Source of the DNA: Planctomycetota bacterium
Lineage (GTDB): Bacteria; Planctomycetota; Phycisphaerae; Sedimentisphaerales; Anaerobacaceae
Reading direction: 5' to 3'
Assembly (NCBI GenBank): GCA_014384025.1
Contig: JACNGQ010000180.1
Span: 1,443 to 65,442, forward strand
DNA: 64,000 bases
Part shown: in pieces, positions 9,525 through 19,600 of the stretch
Numbering within the stretch: position 1 is the stretch's first letter
Layout: each line of letters begins with the position of its first letter
The notes under the pieces: generated by a model
What the model was told of the DNA's origin: nothing
Seen by the model: only the letters and a program-made list of their open reading frames with translations
The model's database searches: none
Made by a program: the position numbers and the translations under genes

Positions 9525-10658
9525 ATGCCAGAACGCCCAGAATTACAACCAAATAACCCAGCTCACAACGGCGAGGAGCCAAATGCCGCAAATGATCCTT
9601 CAGAAATTGAGGGACATACCAGGTCAATTATACAATCATTACCGATAGGAGTGATTGCCTTTAATACGGATTTGAAAATTATCGAGGCCAATCCTCAAGC
9701 AAAAAAGCTGATAGAAGTAAGTGATTACATAGATCAATCCTTAGCAAAAGGTACCGATGACAAGATATGGCTGGATTGGACAGAGCAATTACAATCCGCG
9801 ATTTCAAAAGGACAAACATGCCGATATGATGATGTAGTTTATACATCTAACGGCCAAACAAAACTGCTGCGAATTATCTGCACACCATTTAAAGAGACTA
9901 AAAGGGCAAACAATCCCGGAGCAATCGCTATAATCGAAGATGTAACCGAAAAAGTCAATATCCAAAGAGAGTCTGCCAACACTGAAAGACTGGCCGCCGT
10001 CGGCAAACTCGCTTCTAAGGTAGCCCATGAACTAAATGATCCTCTTGACGGGATTATGCGATACGTTAATCTTACAATGAGAATTATTGAGAAGGAAGAC
10101 CTCGAAAAACCCAAAGAATATCTCACGCAATGCCAGAAGGGCCTTATGAGAATGGTGCAAATCGTAAGCGAGTTGCTGGAATTTTCTCGCAGCACTTATA
10201 TGCCGCTGGAATATACTTCAATAGAACTTATTATCGAAGATGCTGTTAAAACAATGGGTTCCAAAGCAGAGGCTTCTAATGTTCAAATATTGCGTAACTA
10301 CACCTCCGGGCTGCCGCAAATCAGAAGCGGCAATCTCTTTCAGGTATTCTGTAATCTCACCAAGAACGCTCTGGACGCAATGGAGGGCGGCGGGGAATTG
10401 AGAATTACGACCCGTCTGGCTTCAAACGATATGATAGCTGCCGAGTTCCGCGATACGGGAACGGGCTTACCTGCGGAAAAAACGGAAGCTATATTCGAGC
10501 CATTCTTCACGACAAAAGATAAAGGTAAAGGAACCGGGTTGGGGCTGGCAATATGCAGGGACATAATTGAAAGCTATCATGGCCGAATAACGGCTGAAAA
10601 CAACTCAGAGGGAGGTAGCAGCTTCACGGTTTATCTGCCGGTAGGAAATGATTCATAA
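9525..10658 (+). CDS. PAS-domain sensor histidine kinase
   Basis: Start set at the MPERPELQ Met (9525), because the longer track ORF begins at TTG inside promoter-like sequence. PAS region IIQSLPIGVIAFNTDLKIIEANPQA, H-box KVAHELNDPLDGI, ATPase G-box GTGLGLAICRDII. Confidence 0.85.
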   Translation: MPERPELQPNNPAHNGEEPNAANDPSEIEGHTRSIIQSLPIGVIAFNTDLKIIEANPQAKKLIEVSDYIDQSLAKGTDDKIWLDWTEQLQSAISKGQTCRYDDVVYTSNGQTKLLRIICTPFKETKRANNPGAIAIIEDVTEKVNIQRESANTERLAAVGKLASKVAHELNDPLDGIMRYVNLTMRIIEKEDLEKPKEYLTQCQKGLMRMVQIVSELLEFSRSTYMPLEYTSIELIIEDAVKTMGSKAEASNVQILRNYTSGLPQIRSGNLFQVFCNLTKNALDAMEGGGELRITTRLASNDMIAAEFRDTGTGLPAEKTEAIFEPFFTTKDKGKGTGLGLAICRDIIESYHGRITAENNSEGGSSFTVYLPVGNDS

Positions 10659-10688
10659 AAGAAACATTAAGACGGATTGGAAAGTTCT

Positions 10689-12074
10689 ATGAGACAAAAG
10701 AATATTCTTGTTATAGATGACGATAAAATCATTTTGGATTCCCTTTGTGAGTTCCTGAGACTTGAAGGATTTCGGACCAGCGGTTCTGAAACATTAAAGG
10801 GCGCTTTAGCCAAACTGGAACAGGAGTACTATAGTCTGGTCATTACAGACGTTAATTTACCGGACGGAGATGGTCTCGAATTACTGGATATTATAAAGCA
10901 AAACCACCCTCAAACAGTGGTTATCGTGATAACCGGCTACGGCACAATAGAAAGTGCGGTTAAAGCCATCAAACAAGGCGCCCACGAGTACCTTACCAAG
11001 CCAATCGTCGATGATGAGTTACGTCTGGCAGTAGAAAAAGCCATTAAACAGCAATCACTTCTGAGCGAAAACGAGAACCTCCGGCTGCAACTCGAACAGA
11101 AATACCGTCTTGAGAATATAATCAGTCACAACTACAAAATGGCGAAGATATTCGACCTTGTTGAGGCGGTCGCCGATACCAAGACCACGATTCTGATGGC
11201 CGGCCCATCAGGAACCGGCAAAAGTATGTTGGCAAGGGCAATACATCACAGCTCAAGCCGACGCAATAAACCATTTGTCGAGGTAAGCTGCGGGGCACTG
11301 CCGGAGACTCTGCTCGAAAGCGAGCTGTTCGGCCATACAAAAGGCTCTTTCACCGGCGCAGTAAATAATAAAGAAGGCAAGTTCCTGGCGGCAGACCGAG
11401 GTACGATTTTCTTAGATGAAGTTTCCAACGCCTCGGCGGCTTTGCAAGCCAAGTTTCTGCGAGTTTTGGAGGACAGACAGTTCGAAGCGGTCGGCAGTAA
11501 CAAAACCCATACCGTGGATACCCGTATTATACTTGCTTCAAATCGCAACCTCAAGGAGGAAGTAACGCACGGCAGATTTCGAGAAGATTTATATTACCGG
11601 ATAAATGTCGTAACAATAGACCTGCCGCCACTGTGTGAGAGGGTGGGAGATGTCCGGCTGTTATGTGAACACTTTTTGCGAGTGTATTCGACCCAGCACA
11701 GCAGAAATAAACTCGGCATTACCGATGAGGCAATGGAATACCTGGAGCGCTACTCATGGCCCGGCAATATTCGCGAGCTGGAAAATGTAATTGAGAGGGC
11801 CGCCCTGCTAAGTAAAAATAAATTCATCGGTCCCGAGGACCTGCCAAACTCAATCAGACAAGAACAAAACCAGCAGCAACAGACATACAAAGCGATGAGC
11901 CTCAAGGCGGCGTTATCCGGGCCGGAGAAAAACATTATCCAGCAGGCCCTTGAAGCCAATCACTGGAACAGACAGGCAACCGCCAAGGCACTTGAGATAA
12001 ACCGTACAACTTTATTCAAAAAAATGAAGCAATACGGCCTCTATGCCGAGGCCGAACGATTAGGCTTGATCTAA
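10689..12074 (+). CDS. Sigma-54-dependent response regulator (NtrC family)
   Basis: Receiver ILVIDDD...DVNLPDGDG. AAA+ Walker A GPSGTGKSMLA, ESELFGH, and GSFTGA (a GAFTGA variant). C-terminal Fis-type HTH AKALEINRTTLFKKMKQYGL. Confidence 0.9.
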   Translation: MRQKNILVIDDDKIILDSLCEFLRLEGFRTSGSETLKGALAKLEQEYYSLVITDVNLPDGDGLELLDIIKQNHPQTVVIVITGYGTIESAVKAIKQGAHEYLTKPIVDDELRLAVEKAIKQQSLLSENENLRLQLEQKYRLENIISHNYKMAKIFDLVEAVADTKTTILMAGPSGTGKSMLARAIHHSSSRRNKPFVEVSCGALPETLLESELFGHTKGSFTGAVNNKEGKFLAADRGTIFLDEVSNASAALQAKFLRVLEDRQFEAVGSNKTHTVDTRIILASNRNLKEEVTHGRFREDLYYRINVVTIDLPPLCERVGDVRLLCEHFLRVYSTQHSRNKLGITDEAMEYLERYSWPGNIRELENVIERAALLSKNKFIGPEDLPNSIRQEQNQQQQTYKAMSLKAALSGPEKNIIQQALEANHWNRQATAKALEINRTTLFKKMKQYGLYAEAERLGLI

Positions 12075-12205
12075 GAATTATGTGAACCTCTCAAAAAACA
12101 ACGCATCAATCGACCTTTATGGAGTGACAGAGCCCCCCGCCTCTTCCAGACTGTGTTAAGAAAAAAAGAGATAATCCCCCCTCTAAGTTTGTAAGTCCTA
12201 TAAAA

Positions 12206-12253
12206 CCCCTGCTTTTTTGCGGAGGGAGGGGAGAAGGAAGAGAAAAGCAGGGG
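12206..12253 (-). terminator. Candidate hairpin terminator for the minus-strand acyltransferase gene
   Basis: CCCCTGCTTTT (12206-12216) pairs with AAAAGCAGGGG (12243-12253), an 11-bp stem with a 26-nt loop. On the minus strand it is followed by TTTTA. The large loop lowers confidence. Confidence 0.3.
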
Positions 12254-12403
12254 CAAAAAATGAAAAAGCTGAATAGATTATATCAATACTACATTGCTGA
12301 GGTCAAGTGAAAAATTCCACAAATGTACTAAGAAATACCTTTTTTTCATCAAAAAATTCCAATTTTCAGTATTGAAAATACGAAAAAACCACTTATTTGT
12401 GTC

Positions 12404-13513
12404 TCAGGCCTTGAAGAATATTCTGTGGCGATATAAAAACCACAGAAACAACCATTTGGTCAACACAACACCGAGAGCTAAAATCACTGGTTTAAATAAA
12501 TCCGCGTGCTCAACGACTCCCACAAGGAAAAATTCGGCAATTCCATTAAAGTCAACAAATCTCTGCAGGAAGTATATCGTAATTGGATTCATCCCGATAA
12601 CGATAAAGAAAAACGCCCATTTGCTGTATCCCTTGACGTCAATTACCCAGTAAAACAATGCCAGGAGCATTAAGCTCAGGCCGCCCGCAACCATGACATA
12701 AGAACTTGTCCAAAGGATTTTGATGATCGGAAAAACCTGCCCCCAGAGACAACCAATGAGTAAACTGACTATGCCGGCGATGGCCAGACCGGCCGCTTTG
12801 CGATCGCCCAACTGTCCGGAGCGCAGCCAGTGGCCGGCCAGAGCGCCCAAAAGGACTGTGCAAATCGCAGGTAATGTGGAAATGACTCCCTCATTATCGC
12901 CGTGTCCGTAATAGAGCTGACCCGGAATTAACTGCTGGTCGATATATGAGGACAAGCACCCTTCCATCGTAAGGTTACCGGCTCCATAGTTCGGCACCGG
13001 AATCAACATTGTCGCAATCCAGTATAAAATCAAAACAGCCGCAATAATAATCGCCTGCGTTCGCCATTTCGTATTCATAACAATTATCGCAGCAAAGAAA
13101 TAACAAATCCCTATTCGCTGGAGCACGCCCGGCCACCGCATTTCGGCCCAATCGAATCGCTGGAGACCATTAAATATCAAGCCCAACAAAATAATAAGGG
13201 CAGAGCGTTTGAGGATATGCAGATAGAGTACCGGGCGGCTGTGCCCGCGCTCGAGGCGACGTGTAAACGAAAACGGCAATACCACTCCAACAATGAAAAG
13301 AAATAATGGAAATATTAAATCCTCAAAACGAAAACCTTTCCACTCGACATGATGTAATTGCCGTTCGATTGCATCGGTTACGGGGCAGCTATATACTTTC
13401 AAAAGATTCTCTAATAGTGCTCCGCCGCCGATTATCCAGAACATATCAAAGCCGCGCAGCGCATCGACGGAGGTCAACCTGCGCCCAACCAAATTCTGCT
13501 GGTCATTATCCAA
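12404..13513 (-). CDS. Integral-membrane acyltransferase-like protein (DUF5009 / heparan-alpha-glucosaminide N-acetyltransferase-like, COG4299)
   Basis: 369-aa multi-TM ORF opening with VDALRGFDMFWIIGG...VEWKGFRFEDLIFPLFLFIVGV, the motif I associate with this family. Family name is from memory. Confidence 0.7.
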   Translation of the reverse strand: MDNDQQNLVGRRLTSVDALRGFDMFWIIGGGALLENLLKVYSCPVTDAIERQLHHVEWKGFRFEDLIFPLFLFIVGVVLPFSFTRRLERGHSRPVLYLHILKRSALIILLGLIFNGLQRFDWAEMRWPGVLQRIGICYFFAAIIVMNTKWRTQAIIIAAVLILYWIATMLIPVPNYGAGNLTMEGCLSSYIDQQLIPGQLYYGHGDNEGVISTLPAICTVLLGALAGHWLRSGQLGDRKAAGLAIAGIVSLLIGCLWGQVFPIIKILWTSSYVMVAGGLSLMLLALFYWVIDVKGYSKWAFFFIVIGMNPITIYFLQRFVDFNGIAEFFLVGVVEHADLFKPVILALGVVLTKWLFLWFLYRHRIFFKA

Positions 13514-13572
13514 GATTCTTCTCCTTTTTCTAATTCTGAACTATGATAGCTTTACTTTGTGCTTTTGTTTTT

Positions 13573-14706
13573 TTAGATTTTGATAAATGTCTTTTTGCGG
13601 TACATCCACAGCAGTATCAGCCAAACAACTACAAAACCGGCCACGGCCTGGATAAATCCGTTCCACGGGCCGCACCATTTTTCAAGACCGCCGACGAAAA
13701 TGTCCCCTATGTTACGGAAATTAAAAAATCGTGTCACCATATACACCGCAATTGCATTCATTCCTATTACTTTAAAACCGAAGGCCCACTTCTTAAAACC
13801 CCAAACATCTATAATTAAGTAGAAGAGCGCTAACAGCAGGAAACACCATCCTGCCGAATAAAGGACAAAGGAACTCGTCCATAAGTGTTTGATGATTGGA
13901 AAAGAAAAAATCCATACCCAGTCATTCCAAATCCAGCCGAGTAACAGTGAGCCAACTCCCATTGCCATAAGCAGGAGTACTTTCTGACTGTTGGTTTTTT
14001 TAGAACGGAGCAGGTGGCCCGCGAATACTCCAAGCATAACCGTACAGGTAAATGTCATGCCGCTTAGGATCCAGGTGTAAGGCGGGTCGGTTCCATCGAT
14101 GAAGCTGCCGAGAATAAGCTTGTCGATATAAATCGCCAGATTTCCTTGCGGTGTCAATACGCCTGCACCATGCTCTGGAACAGGTACGAGCATCATCAGG
14201 GCCCAGAATAATAAAAGCAAAGCACCTGTTGTTATTAGCTGCCATACGAGTTTCAGGTTGAGTATTATTATCGCAGAGATTAAGTACCCTACGGCAATCG
14301 CCTGCAGGGTGTTAGAGAAAATACGCAATTGAGACAGGTCGTACTCAAGCAAGCGCCCCTGTGCTATCATACCGAGAACAAACAGAATCACAAACCGCAC
14401 GATGATATGGCGATACAGCCGGCTTTTACTATCACCCCGCTCAAGGCGTTTATTGAGCGCAAACGGCATCACAACGCCAACAATGAACATAAACAGCGGC
14501 ATAATCAAATCTTCAAAACGAAATCCTTCCCATTTTACGTGGGTAAGCTGTGTTTTTATCCACTGCGTTGCGGGGCTATCGAATACATCATTCAAACTGC
14601 TGAAGATTCTGCCGCCGCCGATGATCCAGAACATATCGAAACCCCTCAGGGCGTCAATTGACATTATCCGGCCTTTAGGCAAAGATTGTTGTTCTTCGTT
14701 CGGCAT
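13573..14706 (-). CDS. Integral-membrane acyltransferase-like protein, tandem paralogue of 12404-13513
   Basis: 377-aa ORF with IDALRGFDMFWIIGG...VKWEGFRFEDLIMPLFMFIVGV. Collinear with its neighbour over the full length. Confidence 0.7.
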   Translation of the reverse strand: MPNEEQQSLPKGRIMSIDALRGFDMFWIIGGGRIFSSLNDVFDSPATQWIKTQLTHVKWEGFRFEDLIMPLFMFIVGVVMPFALNKRLERGDSKSRLYRHIIVRFVILFVLGMIAQGRLLEYDLSQLRIFSNTLQAIAVGYLISAIIILNLKLVWQLITTGALLLLFWALMMLVPVPEHGAGVLTPQGNLAIYIDKLILGSFIDGTDPPYTWILSGMTFTCTVMLGVFAGHLLRSKKTNSQKVLLLMAMGVGSLLLGWIWNDWVWIFSFPIIKHLWTSSFVLYSAGWCFLLLALFYLIIDVWGFKKWAFGFKVIGMNAIAVYMVTRFFNFRNIGDIFVGGLEKWCGPWNGFIQAVAGFVVVWLILLWMYRKKTFIKI

Positions 14707-14898
14707 TTTTTTACCTCTTTAATTATATAAAATATACCACAGGAATCCGGGGACAAACCTGGGACATTTTAACAATACCCGTCGGGCAGCGCAAGAAAAA
14801 TAGTGAGATATAATGAAAATAATCTTTCGGTAATATGATAGAACGATACGGCCGGAAGGGTAATGTCCCAGGGCCTTTCGGTAAGATGGCCTGGAAAT

Positions 14899-15231
14899 CT
14901 ACTTGTTTCTTCTTGCGACATCCAGGGAACGTTCGGCCCATTTGCCAAGGAGGTCTTGATTCTCCAGGATATCAACCGGAACTTCATAATAGGGCATAAC
15001 TGTTGTTTTTGCTTTGTCGGGAAACGGATTGAATGGAGACGACCCTGCTTTGACGAAATCTTCCCTGTTCGAATCATCCACTTTCAAATAAGCAATATCA
15101 TCAGCTATTAATCCGAACATTGTCCCATCACAGTAGAGACCGGCGCCACCGAACATCTTGCGAACGGACACATCGGCCCAGGTCGCAAGCTGGTCAATGA
15201 CATAATCGATGAATTCGTCTGAAACAGGCAT
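14899..15231 (-). CDS. TfoX N-terminal domain protein
   Basis: 110-aa ORF. VSVRKMFGGAGLYCDGTMFGLIADDIAYLKVD is the characteristic TfoX_N core. Confidence 0.7.
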   Translation of the reverse strand: MPVSDEFIDYVIDQLATWADVSVRKMFGGAGLYCDGTMFGLIADDIAYLKVDDSNREDFVKAGSSPFNPFPDKAKTTVMPYYEVPVDILENQDLLGKWAERSLDVARRNK

Positions 15232-15299
15232 TAGTAAAAATAAAAAGTCAAACAGATATGCACAGCCTTATTCTCGCAAAAAACATTACATTAATAAAA

Positions 15300-15383
15300 T
15301 GCCCGGGACTGGAGTCGAACCAGCACGACCCTAAGGTCACTAGCCCCTCAAGCTAGCGCGTCTGCCTATTCCGCCACCCGGGC
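15300..15383 (-). tRNA. tRNA-Leu (anticodon GAG)
   Basis: The reverse complement folds as a class II cloverleaf. Acceptor GCCCGGG/CCCGGGC, 3-bp D stem, anticodon stem CTAGC/GCTAG with loop TTGAGGG (GAG, G37), 15-nt variable arm with GACC/GGTC, T arm GCTGG-TTCGACT-CCAGT, discriminator A. CCA is not encoded. Confidence 0.9.
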
Positions 15384-15654
15384 GTTTCGATTGATTATTT
15401 ACTATTGTCGATTGACTATTTTTTATGCCAAACAACATCGTATTTTTGGTTACGCTACAATATTGACTATTGATTGTCAATTCCCAATTTGGAGATTTGA
15501 AAAATCTCTCGTGAGAGCAAAATTCCTTAAGTTAGTAAAAGCTTTTGACGACAGTGATTACTGTGATATAATCGTGCCTCAATGAGAAGGCATCCAAAGC
15601 AAAAGAACGGATAAGTTATTATAGCCCATAAATACAATATACATAAGGCCGATT

Positions 15655-16239
15655 ATGACAGAGACCAAGACAGAAGAAAATAATACCCTGCTGAGCCTTG
15701 AGAGTGCTCCTGTGAATCGCTTATTCGGCGCGCTGCCGGATTTGAAGGCACACCTTATTTTCTGGTCATTAGCAATAGGAGGATTGTTGCTGGATCTTTG
15801 GAGCAAAAAGGCGGCCTTCGACTGGTTAAGCCGGGAACAATCTCAAAACGTCTCAATTATTGATGGATTTTTAAGATTTATAATTGCATTAAACGACGGG
15901 GCCGCTTTCAGCACATTCTCCGGTAAAGCTTATCTTCTTACGGCCATATCGGTTGTTGCTCTGATGGTAGTATTCGGAGTTTTTCTTTTTAGCGGAACAC
16001 AATACAGGTCGATCCATATTGCCCTGGGCCTTTTCACAGGCGGTATCTGCGGCAATCTTTACGACAGGATTTTTAACGACGGTCTGGTGCGCGATTTTAT
16101 CGATGTGTATTACCGCGATAAGCACTGGCCTACTTTCAACGTCGCAGACAGCCTGCTTTGCATCGGAGTTGGGCTGCTGATTGTTTCGACTTTCCTCACT
16201 GAGAAGCCTTCTCAAAAACATGCTCAGCAACATAAATAG
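15655..16239 (+). CDS. lspA: Lipoprotein signal peptidase II
   Basis: Four-TM ORF with GNLYDRIFNDGLVRDFIDV and WPTFNVADS, the LspA catalytic Asp motifs. Confidence 0.85.
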   Translation: MTETKTEENNTLLSLESAPVNRLFGALPDLKAHLIFWSLAIGGLLLDLWSKKAAFDWLSREQSQNVSIIDGFLRFIIALNDGAAFSTFSGKAYLLTAISVVALMVVFGVFLFSGTQYRSIHIALGLFTGGICGNLYDRIFNDGLVRDFIDVYYRDKHWPTFNVADSLLCIGVGLLIVSTFLTEKPSQKHAQQHK

Positions 16240-16591
16240 GGGCTTTTGTGGCAGCACATAAAGCAACTGCATCTGAAGGCCGGGAATCAATTTCAATTGT
16301 TCGGCCGTCCATACTAAGATGAATTTTTGCAAAAAAGACGTGGTGGCGCAAGTCGTTAATAACTATCTTTTCTATTTTAGCGCCGAGATTTTCAATTACA
16401 TTGGCCAATAAATCATGGGTCATCGGACGCGGGGGCTCAATGCCCTTTAAGCGGCGGTCGATAGCAAAAATCTCGACTATGCCGATAACGATGGGGAAAC
16501 TGCGCTCGCCGTGACGCTCTTTTATGACAATCACCTGCTGGTCTGACATCTCATTAATGATTATACGCGAGAGTTCGGCTTCCATTTCCAT
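16196..16591 (-). CDS. Bifunctional nuclease (BFN/DUF151) family protein
   Basis: 131-aa ORF. PRPMTHDLLANVIENLGAKIEKIVINDL and IDSRPSDAVALC match the DUF151 pattern. Confidence 0.75.
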   Translation of the reverse strand: MEMEAELSRIIINEMSDQQVIVIKERHGERSFPIVIGIVEIFAIDRRLKGIEPPRPMTHDLLANVIENLGAKIEKIVINDLRHHVFFAKIHLSMDGRTIEIDSRPSDAVALCAATKAPIYVAEHVFEKASQ

Positions 16592-16683
16592 TTTTTGACA
16601 CCGCCTTTACTAATTATATGCGTAAATGCGTATATGAGTTTATAAGTATGTGGGCCTTCGAGGCTTTTCCTTTACGCATCTGC

Positions 16684-19600
16684 TCATACACTATTTTCTA
16701 ATTCCGACAGGTGTTTTTCAACTGTTTTTAACTGTTCCGACAACTCGGCCAGCCTGTCCCTGGCCTGAGCGACAACCTGCGGTTTGGCTTTATTGACAAA
16801 ATTTTCATTAGACAGCTTGGCCTCGACTGCCTTCTTGGCATTTTCGATTTGCTGTTTTTGTTTTTCCAGCTTTGCACGTTCGGCCTGAATATCAACAGCA
16901 TCATGGACATAAACTTCCGTGGCATCTTCCATAATCGATATAGCGGCATTGGCAGGTTTTACAAGTGCGATTCCGGCCTTAAATTCTTTAACGCCGGCCA
17001 ATTGCCGGATAAGCTCAGCGTTGGCGTTAAGAATCTCAACAGTTTGCTGTTGTGATTTTGCGGAAACAACCGGCATTTTACCCGGAGGTATATTTCTTTT
17101 GCTTTTAATATCCCGTATTGTGCGAATTGCGGCCTGAACAAGATTAATCTGGTTTTCGGCGTCCTCATTAGTTAAGGAATCGAGACCTTCCGGCCACCTG
17201 GCAACAACTAATGCTTTTGTCTCTTGAGCATCAGTCAAATTGCCAAGTTTTCTTATCGGTGCGATTTCATTTAGCTTCTGGAATATTCCCTCAGTGATAA
17301 ACGGCACAAAGGGATGCAACAAGCGCAGGGTCTGGTCCAATACGTAAGCCAGGACATTTTGGGCAATCGGCTTTTTTTGCTCATCCAGCATTCTCGGCTT
17401 GGCCCACTCCAGATACCAGTCGCAAAAATCATTCCAGAAAAATCTGTAAAGGCCGGCCAGCGGCTCACTATACTTAAACTTATTCAGAGATTCCGTAACA
17501 TCGGAAACAGTTTTAGCCAGACGGGAAAGAATCCAGTGGTCGGTAATATCCATTTGGTCAGGATCGAATTCGTCAGGATTAAGCCCTTCGAGATTCATCA
17601 TGGCAAAACGCGAGGCATTCCAGAGTTTGTTACAGAAGTTTCGGCCGATATCAAATTTCGGAGATGTATTGACCTGGCGGCCGTCGGGCAACGTCATTGA
17701 TTCGACCGGCATCCGGATATCCTGCGTGTCCGTGGTCATAGTGGCCAGGGTAAAACGCATCGCATCGGCACCGTGACTGTCGATAGCTACTAATGGGTCT
17801 ATGCCGTTGCCGAGACTCTTGGACATTTTACGCCCTTGCCCATCCTGTATCATCGCGTGAATATATACATCGCTGAACGGAATATCGCCCCGGCAGTATT
17901 GGCCCATCATTACCATCCGTGAAACCCACAATGTGATAATCTCACGTGCGGTACAAAGCACATCACCCGGATAAAATGTTTTCAGTTCAGGTGTATCTTC
18001 CGGCCAGCCCATTGTACTGAAAGGCCACAGTGCCGAGGAAAACCATGTATCGAGAACATCATCGTCCCGCTCAAAGCCCCCCTTCTCTAACGTTTTAATA
18101 TAAGGATCAATCTTACCTTTAGCGTTAAATTCCTCTCTAAAACATACATAGATATCATATTCGCCTTCTGTTTCCTTAACTACGGGTATCAAAGGATCTT
18201 CGTTCGGGTTTACTTCAAAACGGTCACTTACTCGTACTATACGTATAATGTCATTACCTGGATCTTTACCACTTTTCACATCATCAACATAGTGGTCCCA
18301 ACCAACAATTTTAAGTAATTCCTCAGTCCAGTTCTTTTCAGTTAAACATACTCTCTTATGCCATATCGGAATACGGTGTCCCCACCAGAGCTGTCTGCTG
18401 ATGGGCCAGTCGCGGAGGTTTTCCAGCCAGGCCTGGTAGGTTTTGGCGTAGCGGTCGGGGATAAATCGCAGGCGGCCGTCAAGTAATGGTTTTAAGGCCA
18501 GGCCGGCTAAGGAGTTCTGCGGCACATTGGTTCCCTCAATTAGCCCATCGCCAAATTTGTCCTTCAAATGCTGGATAGGCTCTTTAACTGCGATATACCA
18601 CTGGTCAGAAAGATACGGCTCTATGGGCACATGACTGCGATAGCTGTGTCCGACTTCGTGCGAGTATTCGCGAACTTCTTCGAGAAGTTTTTCCTGCCGG
18701 AACCATTCTACAATAGCCTCACGCGCCTCGAAACGATCCATATCGAGCAAATTTTGTGCTTCCGGCTCACCGGCATCCTCCCAGCCGTACTTATCGCTAA
18801 TCGAGCCATCGGGCGCCATAACATTGATTATTTGAAGTCCGTGTCTTTGGCCGATTTCCCAGTCGTCCGGGTCGTGGGCCGGTGTGACTTTCAAAAAGCC
18901 TGTGGAAAACCGCGCCTTTTCATCGTCACTGTCGGCATCCGGCAGCACAACGTGCTCATCAGCAATAATCGGGATAATCCTACCCACAATTGGAAGGCGA
19001 ACTTTTTTACCAATAAGATATTCGGCACGTTTGTCAGACGGATTCATCGCAACAGCAGTGTCGCCAAGCATTGTCTCCGGGCGGGTAGTAGCAACAGTAA
19101 CATATTCAATCCGCTGGCCAGCGGCGTCAACCGGCTCGATAAGAGGATACCTCAAATACCAGAAATGCCCCTGCACCAGCTCGTGCTCGACTTCATCGTC
19201 GGCCAATACCGTCTGGGAGGCGGGGTCCCAGTTGACCAGTCTTTTTCCCCGATAAATCAGCCCGTCTTTAAAGAGTTTGAAAAATGCAGCGCGAACGGCT
19301 TTTGCACATACTTCATCCATTGTAAAGCGTGTTCGCTGCCAGTCACAGGAGCAGCCCATCGCTTTCAACTGGCCGATAATGCAGGCCTCATATTCATCCT
19401 TCCAGGCCTGAACACGTCCAACAAACTCCTGACGCTCGAAGTCGGTTCGCCGCTTTCCCTCTTCCGAGAGGATTCGCTTTTCGACAACTGTTTGTGTAGC
19501 GATACCGGCGTGGTCGGTACCGGGCATCCAGAGGGTGTTGTAATTTTGCATTCGGCGGAAACGAATCAGGACGTCCTGCAGTGTATTATTCAGTGCGTGG

